Shown here in pieces: positions 1-9,215 of a stretch of 64,000 bases of DNA. The notes under the pieces were generated by a model, which was given only the letters and a program-made list of their open reading frames with translations, searched no databases and was not told the DNA's origin. The translations under genes were made by a program, and so were the position numbers. The stretch's first letter is position 1; each line of letters opens with the position of its first letter. The DNA is from Deltaproteobacteria bacterium RIFCSPLOWO2_12_FULL_60_19 (GTDB lineage: Bacteria; Desulfobacterota; Binatia; UBA9968), in contig MGSS01000144.1 in the NCBI GenBank assembly GCA_001798595.1, positions 14,032-78,031 on the forward strand. The letters are read 5' to 3'.

Positions 1-297
1 CAGGCGACCGAGGAGCGTGACCGGAACGACGGGATAGGCCGGAAGCTTTTTGGCCACGTCAAGGGGCAAGTCGCCGAGATCAATTCCAAATGATGACAAG
101 GTATAATAGCCTAAGATGATGTTGGGGTGGGTCGAGACAAGGACAAAGGGCGCAGCCACGCGGCGACGCATATCCTGGCCAGCCTGTTCTTTCAGATAGT
201 GGTCGAGGGAGTCATTGCCGCACGAGAAAGCGGCGCGGTCATGGTGTCTGGCAAGCGGTTCGACACGCCATGAGGACGGCTCGCTTTCAGGGAGCAT
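1..297 (-). CDS. GNAT-family acetyltransferase toxin (TacT/AtaT-like), runs off the window
   Basis: Not in the ORF track. ATG at 297 directly follows the antitoxin TAG. Manual translation MLPESEPSSWRVEPLARHHDRAAFSCGNDSLDHYLKEQAGQDMRRRVAAPFVL...GYYTLSS...PVTLLGRL carries the FSCG..LD.YL, GYYTL and LLGRL motifs of GNAT toxins. Confidence 0.9.
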   Translation of the reverse strand, partial: MLPESEPSSWRVEPLARHHDRAAFSCGNDSLDHYLKEQAGQDMRRRVAAPFVLVSTHPNIILGYYTLSSFGIDLGDLPLDVAKKLPAYPVVPVTLLGRL

Positions 298-606
298 CTA
301 CCTCGCCCGTGATCCTGCGTAGCGGCGTGCAGCCTTGCGGAGCCGGGAAGATGGCGCCTCAGGCTTGAGAAGCGTAGCGACGAAAGCTTCACGGTCGCGG
401 GCGCTCAAAGTCATGACCTCGTGCTCGTGTACGGTGCGCACAGCGACTTCATAAGCGCTGCTGACCACAAAATCGGTCATGGTGCGCCCGGTGATTGCTG
501 CGGCGCGCAAAAGGAAGGCTTTCTGATCAGCCGTGATGCGCGTTTCAAGCCGCTCCTTCTTTGCCGTGTGGTTACCCTGGGTTTCGTGTGTTTGTCTAGC
601 TGCCAT
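298..606 (-). CDS. DUF1778 RHH antitoxin (TacA/AtaR-like)
   Basis: KKERLETRITADQKAFLLRAAAITGRTMTDFVVSSA...LSARDREAFVATLLKP pattern; lies directly upstream of the GNAT gene. Confidence 0.9.
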   Translation of the reverse strand: MAARQTHETQGNHTAKKERLETRITADQKAFLLRAAAITGRTMTDFVVSSAYEVAVRTVHEHEVMTLSARDREAFVATLLKPEAPSSRLRKAARRYAGSRAR

Positions 607-697
607 AGTCTTTTCTCCGGACTGGAGCGATTGTACGGCTATATGCCGTACATGTCAAGGGTGCTGCTAGAAGTTTCAGCGCGTGCCGGGGAGGGAC

Positions 698-754
698 CTC
701 GAAATCAAGTTCACCCACAGGGTGACGGGGGTTCGAATCCCTCCCTCTCCGCCA
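698..754 (+). pseudogene. 3' half of tRNA-Ser(CGA); probable island attachment-site remnant
   Basis: CTCGAAA anticodon loop, TCAAG, variable arm TCACCC-ACA-GGGTGA, T-arm GGGGGTTCGAATCCCTCC and acceptor 3' strand CTCTCCGCCA. No matching 5' half upstream. Confidence 0.8.
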
Positions 755-783
755 AAACTCTTTCCTCTGCCGCCGCGCTTCTC

Positions 784-1128
784 TCAGAAATTATAAGCCA
801 AAGTTTTGAGCGCGAAGTTGACCACGCTCAGCACAATCGCGCCCAGGATGGCGGGGAGGAAGCCTTGCACGGAGAAGCCGGGCACCAGGGCGGCGGCCAG
901 CTTGAGCATCAGGGCGTTGACCACGATCAGAAAGAGCCCGAAGGTGAGGAAGGTCAGCGGCAAGGTTAAAATCTTCAGGAGAAATCCCAGCGTGGCGTTG
1001 ACCAAGCCGACGACCAACGCGGCGATCAACGCCGCGCCGAAGCCTCTCACGTTGAATCCGGGGACGATGTGGGCCACGATCAACAAGCTCAACGCGCCCA
1101 GGAACCAGTGGGCGATCACGTACATCAT
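784..1128 (-). CDS. Phage holin-family / YvlD (DUF360) 4TM membrane protein
   Basis: Hydrophobic protein with LVNA.L..LL..LTLPLTFLTFGLFLIVVNALML signature. Confidence 0.85.
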   Translation of the reverse strand: MMYVIAHWFLGALSLLIVAHIVPGFNVRGFGAALIAALVVGLVNATLGFLLKILTLPLTFLTFGLFLIVVNALMLKLAAALVPGFSVQGFLPAILGAIVLSVVNFALKTLAYNF

Positions 1129-1306
1129 CGCGCAGGAGCCTCCTCTCTTGCCCGATTTCCAATCGACGATAGCCGCCGGTCAAGCCGAATACTAACGCGA
1201 ATCGCATTCCGATCCAAGAGGACGTTGCGATCACGGAACAAACTTCCTTCCGATATTTTTATGTGTTATTAGTTGCAGAGTAATGATCGGCTGTGAGCGG
1301 TCTGCG

Positions 1307-1399
<93 letters not shown>

Positions 1400-1413
1400 G
1401 TATTTAAAAAAGA

Positions 1414-1480
1414 CGTGTCTCGTGTTCGTGTTCGGTGCGGGGATGCCGGTCACGATCACGTTTTCACGAGCACGATCACG
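1414..1480. repeat. Hexamer-periodic imperfect palindrome (CGTGTT)n...(CACGAT)n between convergent tRNA and kdpE
   Basis: cgtgtctcgtgttcgtgttc ... cacgatcacgttttcacgagcacgatcacg. Confidence 0.6.
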
Positions 1481-2177
1481 GTTTTCCCCCCGTCGGCAAT
1501 ACCAGCCTGTAGCCGATGCCCGGCTCGGTCCTGAGAAGTCTTTCCTTGGCGTTGGGCGCTTCGATCTTTTTACGCAAGTGGTTCACATACACCCGCAGAT
1601 ATTGGGATTGCTCTTCCGCATTGGGTCCCCAGACCTCCCGCAATAACTGTTTGTGCGTCACTACCTTGCCCGCGTGCTGCGCCAGAACTTTGAGTAGAGC
1701 GTATTCCGTCGCGGTGAGTTTCACTTCCTGCTTGTTGACGGTGATGGTATGGCTGCTGAAATCGACGGCCAGATGTCCAGCCTGGAAGTAGGGCTCGTCT
1801 TTCTCGGTGGACGAGCGCCTCTGGATCGCCCTTAGGCGGGCGAGCAGCTCCGGCGAGTCGAACGGCTTGGTCACATAGTCGTCCGCTCCCGCGTCCAGCG
1901 CGGCGACCTTCTCTTCGGCGCCGGCCTTCACCGTGAGCACCAATACAGGCACGCGGCTCCATTCGCGCAGGCGCCGGAGCGCGGTCAGCCCGTCGACCTT
2001 CGGCAGGCCGAGATCGAGCAGAACGACGTCGGGCCGGCGGAGCGCGATGTCCGACAGGCCCTGCTCGCCGGTGTCCGCCTCCAGCACCCGGTAACCGTCG
2101 GTTTCGAGCACGACCCGGAGCAGCCGCCGGATCTGGACCTCGTCGTCGATGATGAGCGCCGTAACCTTTTCGCTCAA
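1476..2177 (-). CDS. kdpE: KdpE-family response regulator
   Basis: REC domain (IIDDE, LLDLGLP, ADDYVTKPF) plus winged helix with KdpE-typical KVVTHKQLLREVWGP...QYLRVY...LRTEPGIGYR. Confidence 0.9.
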   Translation of the reverse strand: MSEKVTALIIDDEVQIRRLLRVVLETDGYRVLEADTGEQGLSDIALRRPDVVLLDLGLPKVDGLTALRRLREWSRVPVLVLTVKAGAEEKVAALDAGADDYVTKPFDSPELLARLRAIQRRSSTEKDEPYFQAGHLAVDFSSHTITVNKQEVKLTATEYALLKVLAQHAGKVVTHKQLLREVWGPNAEEQSQYLRVYVNHLRKKIEAPNAKERLLRTEPGIGYRLVLPTGGKP

Positions 2178-3766
2178 GCCAGCTCCTCCAGCGCCTCGGC
2201 GCGCATGGTTTCGACCGGAATCGTCAGCGTGAATTCGGCTCCTCCCGTCTCGCGGTTGGCCGCGCGCGCAGAGCCTCCATGAGATCGCACAAAGTTATCC
2301 ACGATCGCGAGTCCGAGCCCCGTGCCGCCCGGAGGGGCGTCGGACGCGCGGTAGAACTTCTCAAAGATCCGCCGCAAGTCCGTTTCCTTCACGCCCGGCC
2401 CCTCATCGAGAATCGCAAGCGTGAGCCGGTCTCCGTCTAAAGCAGCGCGGACGGTGATGGTTGTGCCGGGCCTGCTCCAAGAGGCGGCGTTGAGGAGAAG
2501 GTTATAAAGGCATTGTTCGATCAGAGCTTGATCGAGTCTGACCATCGGAAGATCGTGATCGGCTTCTACCGCGATCTCGTGCTCGGCGACTCCATCACCG
2601 GCCAAGTCTATGGCGGCCTGGACGAGCTCGGCCACATCGCACCAGTCCAGCTTCGGCTGGATGACGCCGGCTTCGATGCGGGTCATGGTCAGGAGGTTGT
2701 CGATGACCCGGCGCAACCGTCGAACCGCGGATTGCACTTCCCGCAGCGTGGCGCGTTTTTCTTCGTCTCCGCCGAGCTGCCTCCCTAAAGCATCGATGCC
2801 GGCCTGCACGGCCGACAGGGGAGTCTTGAGTTCATGCGAGACGCTGTCGAGCAGCGCGCGTCTTAACCGCTCGGAGGCTTCGAGTACCTCGGCGCGTTTC
2901 ACGGCTTCAACCACATGATCTTTTTCCAGAATCAAGCCGATCAGTACCGCGAACGCTTCAAGGAGTTCTGTTTCGCCGCGATCGAGCGATTTTCCGGGAG
3001 CTCGACGAACGCACAACACGCCCATGACGGCGGTACGGCCCTGCAAAGGCAAACACCGGGCGCTCGAATCCCCGCGCGCTCCGATGAATCCGTCCGCCTG
3101 CGACGGATGATCGAAGGCCCATAGGGCAGCGGTCTTCTCCCTTTCAGAAAGAGTGAACGAGCTGGCCGGGTGCGCGAGCTCCGAGAGCGTGTGATCTTTT
3201 CGGCGCAGGAGGAGCGCGGCCTGCGCGCCCGAAACGGACGCGATCAAGCTCACGGCCGCACCGAGTCCGGTTTCCAGGTCCGTCGCAAAGGCCGCCTGAT
3301 GCGCCAGCTCATACAAGGCCGCGGTCCGCCGTTCGCGACGCCGCTCCGCCATTTCACTTGAGCGCAGGCGGCTGGCGAGGTGGCCCATCGCCATCGCGAC
3401 GACGAAGAACGTGGCGAACATCATCGCATCCTCAAGTCTGTCTATGTAAAAGGTGAAGTGAGGCGGAATGAACAGGAAATTCCAGACCAGGGCGCTGATC
3501 GCGGCCAGGATCAACACCGGGGCCCGTCCGAGCTTCAGAGCCGCAGCGACGATTAACAGCAGATAAAGCAGCGCGATCGATAGGTAGCCGGTGAAGGGCT
3601 CAAGGAGCAGGGACGCGACTGTCACCAAAACGACGAGAACTCCCGCCAGGGCGACCTGGTGAATAAAAGAAGCGCCGTTCAATCTTTCAACAGGCCGGTC
3701 CCTTCGGGTATCCTCGCGGGACTTGTCGGGCCGGGCCTCCGGGCTCGGCTGCGCGCCGTCCGCCAT
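2174..3766 (-). CDS. kdpD: KdpD-like sensor histidine kinase (DUF4118 4TM-GAF-HisKA-HATPase) without the N-terminal KdpD/Usp region
   Basis: WNFLFIPPHFTF transmembrane motif, Arg cluster ERRRERR, H-box LLDSVSHELKTPL, GGTGLGLAIV; only 530 aa. Confidence 0.8.
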   Translation of the reverse strand: MADGAQPSPEARPDKSREDTRRDRPVERLNGASFIHQVALAGVLVVLVTVASLLLEPFTGYLSIALLYLLLIVAAALKLGRAPVLILAAISALVWNFLFIPPHFTFYIDRLEDAMMFATFFVVAMAMGHLASRLRSSEMAERRRERRTAALYELAHQAAFATDLETGLGAAVSLIASVSGAQAALLLRRKDHTLSELAHPASSFTLSEREKTAALWAFDHPSQADGFIGARGDSSARCLPLQGRTAVMGVLCVRRAPGKSLDRGETELLEAFAVLIGLILEKDHVVEAVKRAEVLEASERLRRALLDSVSHELKTPLSAVQAGIDALGRQLGGDEEKRATLREVQSAVRRLRRVIDNLLTMTRIEAGVIQPKLDWCDVAELVQAAIDLAGDGVAEHEIAVEADHDLPMVRLDQALIEQCLYNLLLNAASWSRPGTTITVRAALDGDRLTLAILDEGPGVKETDLRRIFEKFYRASDAPPGGTGLGLAIVDNFVRSHGGSARAANRETGGAEFTLTIPVETMRAEALEELA

Positions 3767-3770
3767 AAAA

Positions 3771-5825
3771 TCATTCTAACTTCCGCTTTTCGGGATTGCT
3801 ACCGCTCGGCGCGCGCGCCGTAGGCGGAATGAAAACGCGAATCGGCAGAATCATCATTTCTAAGCCTTCGAATTGAAGCCGCTGCTCCAGCGTGAAGGGC
3901 GTATGGTTGTGAAGCAAGCGGGTAAGAAAATTCTCCCTTTCAAAAACCAGCTTCCCGGCAAAAAAGACCGGCCTGGAGCAATCTCCGGCCACAGACCCGC
4001 ACAATTTCTCCAACTCTTCGATGAGGTCGATCCCTAGCGAATAACGATACTCCGCGTACCAGCCCAGGCAGTTGGCAAATTCCACGAAGCTTTTAAGATC
4101 CTCTTCCTTCGATCCACGCAAGTTGTCGATCTCGCTAAGTCCCTTGAATCGTCCGGAGTCGATTAGTCCAATCGAGACAAAGACGACGTTCTTGAAATGG
4201 TTCGGAAACAGCCGGGCAATGCTGAGCAGGGAATGAACTGCGAGCCCGTCGAAGTCCCTGACGATGAGGACGGCGGTGGGGGCATGCGGCTGCTTAGCCG
4301 GCACCGGATGTTTTAGGTCCGGCCGAAACGGGATATTGATCAGCGTTTCATCAAGGCTCTTCAGCGCCCGCTGCACCTGATCGTAATGCGCCCGGACTAT
4401 ATAGCAGAGAAGAATGAAGCCTGACGTCACCAGGAGCGTGACCCATCCTCCCTCGGCGAACTTGATGATTATCGTGACGATCAGAATAGTCGCCGTGAAC
4501 AACAAACCGAAACCATTCACCAAAAGTTTGCGCCGCCAAAGCTTCTCGGTTTTTCTTGATGCCCACCAATGGCGGCACATGCCCAGCTGAGAAAGGGTGA
4601 AGGTCAGAAAGACATTGATGCTATACATGACGACCAGCAGCCTTACGTCGCCGCCGGTATAAAGGAGAAACGCGACCGAGGCCAGACCCATGAACCAGAC
4701 GCCGTATTGCGCGACCAGGTGGTCGCTTAGATGGGAGAAGCGATGGGGAACCCACGAATCTACCGCCATGTTGGAAAGCACCCTTGGACCGTCGATAAAT
4801 CCGGCTTGCGCGGCGACGAGGAGGATGGTCGCCTCGGTGACCAGCGTTACGATCACCAGAGCGTACGCTGAGTCCGGCGAAAAGAAGTTCCCGTAGACTG
4901 TCGCGAAAAGACTGGCGTTCAAAGTTTTACCCGACTCATGGGAAACCCGGTTCAACAAGTAACAAACCAGAAGGCCGCTCGCCGTGAAGGCGAGGGACAC
5001 GGCCATGTAACGCATCGTTCTTTTCCCCGTCTCGACTCTGGGTTCGCGCAGGGCCTGAAGGCCGTTGCTGACCGCCTCGATGCCCGTGTAGGTGCCGCCG
5101 CCGAGACTATAGGCATGAAGAACGATAAAAACCGTCGTCCATAATCCCAGGGCTTGTATGTCTCCGAGCGTCTTCTGATAGGTGGCGGACGCGAGCGCGG
5201 GAATGTCCGCGGCCTTCGGGCCGACCCCCAGGCTGATCGCGAAAATGTGCGCGACGACAAAAAGGATAAAAATCGGCAGCAGAAAAAGAACCGATTCCTT
5301 GGTGCCGCGTAGATTCAGGTAGAGAAGCAGAAAAATCAAGCAAAATTCGACCGCCAGCTTTGTCCCGTGGATGGAAGCGGGCAGGAAGCTGAATATCTGG
5401 TCGCCGGCGCTGGCGACGGAGATAGTGATCGTCAGCATATAATCCACAATCAGGGCGGAGCCTGAGACCAGACCGACCTTTGGCCCCAAAAGTTTTGTCG
5501 CGACCAGATAGCCGCCGCCGCCCGTGGGGAACAGCTCGATGATGTGGCTGTAGCTCGCCGATATGACAAAGACGGTCAAGGCCATGAGAATCGCTAACGG
5601 AAGCGCGAGGAAAAAATGCTCTCCCAGGGCGAGGTACGCCTCCTCCGGCCCATACGCGGATGAGCTAAGACCGTCCGCGCCGAGACCGACCCACGCCAGA
5701 AAGGCGATGAGCGAGATCTGGTGGAAGACCTTCGGGTCCAGTGGATCTTTGGGCTTGCCGAACAATAGTGTCTTGAGGGATGGGCGCTCCGTTGCGCGCA
5801 ACGCATTTCCCGCTTTCACCCCCAC
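3771..5825 (-). CDS. APC-superfamily permease, KimA/YdaO-like K+ transporter
   Basis: LGADGLSSSAYGPEEA, GGGGYLVATKLLG, DYMLTITISVA, YTGIEAVSNG motifs; about 12 TM segments plus a C-terminal cytoplasmic domain. Confidence 0.8.
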   Translation of the reverse strand: MGVKAGNALRATERPSLKTLLFGKPKDPLDPKVFHQISLIAFLAWVGLGADGLSSSAYGPEEAYLALGEHFFLALPLAILMALTVFVISASYSHIIELFPTGGGGYLVATKLLGPKVGLVSGSALIVDYMLTITISVASAGDQIFSFLPASIHGTKLAVEFCLIFLLLYLNLRGTKESVLFLLPIFILFVVAHIFAISLGVGPKAADIPALASATYQKTLGDIQALGLWTTVFIVLHAYSLGGGTYTGIEAVSNGLQALREPRVETGKRTMRYMAVSLAFTASGLLVCYLLNRVSHESGKTLNASLFATVYGNFFSPDSAYALVIVTLVTEATILLVAAQAGFIDGPRVLSNMAVDSWVPHRFSHLSDHLVAQYGVWFMGLASVAFLLYTGGDVRLLVVMYSINVFLTFTLSQLGMCRHWWASRKTEKLWRRKLLVNGFGLLFTATILIVTIIIKFAEGGWVTLLVTSGFILLCYIVRAHYDQVQRALKSLDETLINIPFRPDLKHPVPAKQPHAPTAVLIVRDFDGLAVHSLLSIARLFPNHFKNVVFVSIGLIDSGRFKGLSEIDNLRGSKEEDLKSFVEFANCLGWYAEYRYSLGIDLIEELEKLCGSVAGDCSRPVFFAGKLVFERENFLTRLLHNHTPFTLEQRLQFEGLEMMILPIRVFIPPTARAPSGSNPEKRKLE

Positions 5826-5872
5826 ACGCTAACAAGCGGGGGAGCGATCGCCTAATTAAAAGCCCGCACAAA

Positions 5873-5896
5873 GGCGTAAAAAAAACATTAAAAAAC
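5873..5896 (-). promoter_or_regulatory. Putative KdpE binding site
   Basis: Minus strand reads TTTTAATGTTTTTTTTACGCC, resembling the E. coli KdpE box TTTATACTTTTTTTACACC; about 50 bp upstream of the kimA-like gene. Confidence 0.55.
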
Positions 5897-5911
5897 TTCG
5901 CGGCTTTTGTC

Positions 5912-5940
5912 TTGATTCTTCCAATAGCTCGTCGTAGTCT
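5912..5940 (+). promoter_or_regulatory. Sigma70-type promoter upstream of the SRP RNA
   Basis: TTGATT-17 bp-TAGTCT. Confidence 0.45.
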
Positions 5941-5980
5941 GAGAATGTTTCCGGCATTCGGCCGGATGTCGATTGCTGAT

Positions 5981-6076
5981 AGTCGGGTCCTGTGCAAGGC
6001 GGTCCCGCAAATCCCGTCAGGTCCGGAAGGAAGCAGCGGTAGCGGATCTACCCCTGTGCCACGGGGCAGCCCGGCT
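5981..6076 (+). ncRNA. ffs: Signal recognition particle RNA (4.5S)
   Basis: Conserved domain IV TCAGGTCCGGAAGGAAGCAGC inside a long hairpin (AGTCGGG...CCCGGCT); typical position upstream of dnaX. Confidence 0.92.
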
Positions 6077-6112
6077 GTCAGCAATGGGCATCCTGTCCTC
6101 GCTGCGCTCGGA

Positions 6113-6163
6113 ATCTCAGATTTCAAATCTCAGATCTGCAATCTGAAATTTGAGATTTGAGAT
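6113..6163. repeat. Heptamer-periodic palindrome (ATCTCAG)n/(ATTTGAG)n
   Basis: atctcag atttcaa atctcag atctgca atctgaa atttgag atttgag at. Confidence 0.7.
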
Positions 6164-6196
6164 CGCGGGGCGAGGGGGGCTAGCTGAGGGGAGCGC

Positions 6197-7897
6197 ATGT
6201 CTTACCAAGTCATCGCCCGTAAATGGCGGCCGCAGTGTTTCGACGAGATCGTCGGCCAGGGCCACATCACCCGCGTCCTGCGCAACGCCATCCGCGGGGG
6301 CCGCATCGCGCACGCCTATCTTTTTACCGGCGTGCGCGGGGTGGGTAAGACCACGGCCGCGCGCATTCTCGCCAAGGCGCTCAATTGCGAGAAGGGGCCG
6401 ACCGCGGAGCCTTGCGGCGAGTGCGTTCAGTGCGTCGAGATCAAACAGGGCAACTCGATCGACGTCTACGAGATCGACGGGGCCTCGAACCGCGGCATCG
6501 ACGAGGTGCGCCAGATCATCGAGAACGTCCGCTACCAGCCCGCCAAGAGCCGCTTTAAAATCTACATCATCGACGAAGTGCACCAGGTTACGCGGGATGC
6601 CTTTAACGCGCTGTTGAAAACGCTCGAAGAGCCGCCGCCGTTCGTCAAATTCATTCTGGCGACCACCGAGCCGCAACGCCTTCCCGATACCATCCTGTCG
6701 CGCTGCCAACGCTTCGACTTCCGCCGTATCGCGGTGAGGGAGATCGTCGAGCGGCTGAAAAAGATCGCCGAAGCGGAATCGCTGCAAATTACAGATGGGG
6801 CACTCTTGCTGCTCGCGCGGGAGGCGGAAGGGAGCATGAGGGACGCGCAGTCGCTGCTGGAGCAGCTTCTGGCCTATGCCGGGTCCGAGGGCGAGAGCGA
6901 GGTCGGCAAGGCGGCGATCGACGAGCGGCGGTTGGAGGAGTTGCTGGGGATCGCGGAGCGGCGCGCGCTCTACGAGATCTCCCATGCCGTGATCCAGCGG
7001 GACGCCAAGCGATGCGTCGAGCTGGTGGCGGAGGTTATGAATCAGGGGCGTGACGTAACGCGCCTGTCACGCGACCTGGTGGAGCACTTTCGCAACCTGC
7101 TGATGGTCCGGCTGATACAAGACCGGGCGGCGGGAAGCGAAGAGCGCGGTCATCTCCTGGACCTCTCCGACCAGGAGATCGAGGAGCTGGGTCAACAGGG
7201 GAGCGCGCTTTCGGTCGACGCCTTGCTCGACTATTTCAAATTCATGGCCCAGGGCGACGAGGATACGGCGCGCTCCGCCTATCCGCGCTTTGCGCTCGAG
7301 GCGACGCTGATCCGGCTGGCGACGTTGCCGGAGACGATGCCGGTCGAAGAGGCGCTGGAGCGGCTGGAGGCGCTGGAAAGAAAGCTTGGCGGCGGCGCGG
7401 CGCCAAGATCCGCGCCTGCGGCGGAAAAGCCGCCGCCGGTCGTCAAAGCGGCAAGCGAGACCCGCCTTTCGGGCCACGGGCAGGCCGCAACGCCGGCGCC
7501 CGCGGCTACCGTGGCGGGCGAGTCGTCGCAAACCTGGAAGAGGTTCGTCGCCTTCGTCACGAAAGAGCGACGCATGCTGGCGGTGCATCTGGAGCAGGCC
7601 CAACTGCTGTCGCTGGCGCCAGGGCAGATGAGGCTCGGTGTGGAAGAAGGCCACCAGTTGAAATATCTCCAGGACGGGGAGCAGTTGTCGGCGCTGAAAG
7701 AGTTTGCGTGCCGCTTCTTCTCCGTCGAAACGGCGGTGTCGTTGACTGCGGTGCCGGCGAGAAGCCGGCAGAGCGAGGTTGAGAATTTGAACGTGTCGAA
7801 GGCGCCGAAAGTAGAAGAGGGGAACATGACCGACCTCGAGCGCGAAGCGATGCGTATTTTCGGCGGCTCGATGATTCAGGTGAAGAAGGAGCAGTAG
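6197..7897 (+). CDS. dnaX: DNA polymerase III subunit gamma/tau
   Basis: MSYQVIARKWRPQ, Walker A GVRGVGKT, IIDEVH, TILSRCQRF, GSMRDA. Confidence 0.98.
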   Translation: MSYQVIARKWRPQCFDEIVGQGHITRVLRNAIRGGRIAHAYLFTGVRGVGKTTAARILAKALNCEKGPTAEPCGECVQCVEIKQGNSIDVYEIDGASNRGIDEVRQIIENVRYQPAKSRFKIYIIDEVHQVTRDAFNALLKTLEEPPPFVKFILATTEPQRLPDTILSRCQRFDFRRIAVREIVERLKKIAEAESLQITDGALLLLAREAEGSMRDAQSLLEQLLAYAGSEGESEVGKAAIDERRLEELLGIAERRALYEISHAVIQRDAKRCVELVAEVMNQGRDVTRLSRDLVEHFRNLLMVRLIQDRAAGSEERGHLLDLSDQEIEELGQQGSALSVDALLDYFKFMAQGDEDTARSAYPRFALEATLIRLATLPETMPVEEALERLEALERKLGGGAAPRSAPAAEKPPPVVKAASETRLSGHGQAATPAPAATVAGESSQTWKRFVAFVTKERRMLAVHLEQAQLLSLAPGQMRLGVEEGHQLKYLQDGEQLSALKEFACRFFSVETAVSLTAVPARSRQSEVENLNVSKAPKVEEGNMTDLEREAMRIFGGSMIQVKKEQ

Positions 7898-7911
7898 AGA
7901 AAGGGGATTTT

Positions 7912-8238
7912 ATGGCCAAAGGGTTCGGCGGCATGGGTAATCTCTTGAAGCAGGCGCAAGAGCTCCAAACGAGGATGGCGCAGGCGCAGGAAGAGCTTGC
8001 CCGCAAGACGGTGGAGGCCGCCGCCGGAGGAGGGATGGTCAGAGTGACCGTAAACGGGCAGCTTGGGTTGTCGTCGATCCAGATCGACTCGGCCGTGGTC
8101 AATCCCCAGGAGACCGAGATGTTGCAAGATCTGGTTTTGGCGGCGGTCAACGAAGGGCTGCGCCGCGCCCGTGAAATGGCGGCTGAAGAGATGGGCAAAA
8201 TTACCGGCGGACTGAAGATACCGGGCTTAACACCCTGA
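7912..8238 (+). CDS. ybaB: YbaB/EbfC nucleoid-associated protein
   Basis: LLKQAQELQ...AGGGMVRVTVNG...MLQDLVLAAVN; sits between dnaX and recR. Confidence 0.96.
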   Translation: MAKGFGGMGNLLKQAQELQTRMAQAQEELARKTVEAAAGGGMVRVTVNGQLGLSSIQIDSAVVNPQETEMLQDLVLAAVNEGLRRAREMAAEEMGKITGGLKIPGLTP

Positions 8239-8269
8239 ACGCCGACCTCTATCGTCGATCATTTGTACT

Positions 8270-8890
8270 ATGAGTAGCTATCCTGCGCCACTGGAACGTT
8301 TGATTCGCGAGCTGTGTAAGCTGCCCGGCATTGGAGAGAAGACGGCCGCCCGCCTGGCGTTCTTCATGCTCAAGGAGAACGCCGACGACGTGATGGCTCT
8401 CGCCGACAGCATCGGCAAGCTCAAGCAGGCGCTCGGCCTCTGCCGGACCTGTTTCGGGCTGTGCGAAATCGACTCGCGGCGCGACGGGGAGTTAAGCTGC
8501 CGGGTCTGCGAAGATCCGCGCCGGGAGCGGGAGAAGATCTGCGTGGTGGAAGAGCCGTCGGACGTGATGGCGGTGGAGAAGTCGCTGGAGTATAAGGGAC
8601 TGTACCACGTGCTTCACGGGACTATCTCGCCGCTCGACGGCGTCGGGCCGGACGCGCTCAAGATCCGCGAGCTGTTGGAACGCGTGAGAAATGCCGGGGT
8701 TCACGAGATCATCGTCGCGACCAATCCCACGGTGGAGGGGGAGGCGACCGCGCTCTACCTCTCGAAAGTGATCAAGCCGCTGGGGATCAGAGTGACGCGG
8801 ATCGCGCGCGGCTTGCCGATGGGCGGGGATATCGAATATACGGATGCGGTGACGCTCGGAAAGGCGTTGGAAGGAAGAAGGGAAATCTAG
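8270..8890 (+). CDS. recR: Recombination mediator RecR
   Basis: KLPGIGEKTAARLA, C4 zinc finger, Toprim ATNPTVEGEATA. Confidence 0.98.
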   Translation: MSSYPAPLERLIRELCKLPGIGEKTAARLAFFMLKENADDVMALADSIGKLKQALGLCRTCFGLCEIDSRRDGELSCRVCEDPRREREKICVVEEPSDVMAVEKSLEYKGLYHVLHGTISPLDGVGPDALKIRELLERVRNAGVHEIIVATNPTVEGEATALYLSKVIKPLGIRVTRIARGLPMGGDIEYTDAVTLGKALEGRREI

Positions 8891-8900
8891 AGGAGGGGCT

Positions 8901-9194
8901 ATGTGGATCCGACTGCTTGTGTTGTCTGTCCTTTTTTCTGTTGCGGGATGTTATTATCACGGACGCGACTTTCCCACGGTTCCTATAGAGGAGCTGCGTC
9001 CCAACGTTACGACCAAGAGCCAGGTCTACGGCAACTTCGGCGAGCCGAACGAAAAAGGCTCGGACAGCGGCCTTGAGACCTGGACGTACTACTACGAATT
9101 GTGGACGGTGACCGGGGTCCAAGACAAAAAGCGGCTGCACGTCACGTTCAACCAAAACGGCACGCTGCGCAATTACTCCTACAGCGCGCAATAA
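8901..9194 (+). CDS. Small lipoprotein, SmpA/BamE-like
   Basis: Lipobox VAGC; TTKSQVYGNFGEP...TWTYYY...LHVTFNQNG pattern. Confidence 0.7.
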   Translation: MWIRLLVLSVLFSVAGCYYHGRDFPTVPIEELRPNVTTKSQVYGNFGEPNEKGSDSGLETWTYYYELWTVTGVQDKKRLHVTFNQNGTLRNYSYSAQ

Positions 9195-9215
9195 ACCGTC
9201 CCATCATTCCCATAC

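Noticed and set aside
784-1128. Prophage lysis gene
   Set aside because: YvlD/DUF360 proteins are common chromosomal genes and no phage genes are adjacent.
5826-5980. c-di-AMP (ydaO) riboswitch upstream of the KimA-like gene
   Set aside because: The spacer is short and lacks the GCTGAA/GGAAC conserved elements; a KdpE-like box fits better.
6197-7897. Programmed frameshift in dnaX producing gamma
   Set aside because: No A-AAA-AAG slippery site or long A run was seen at the expected position.
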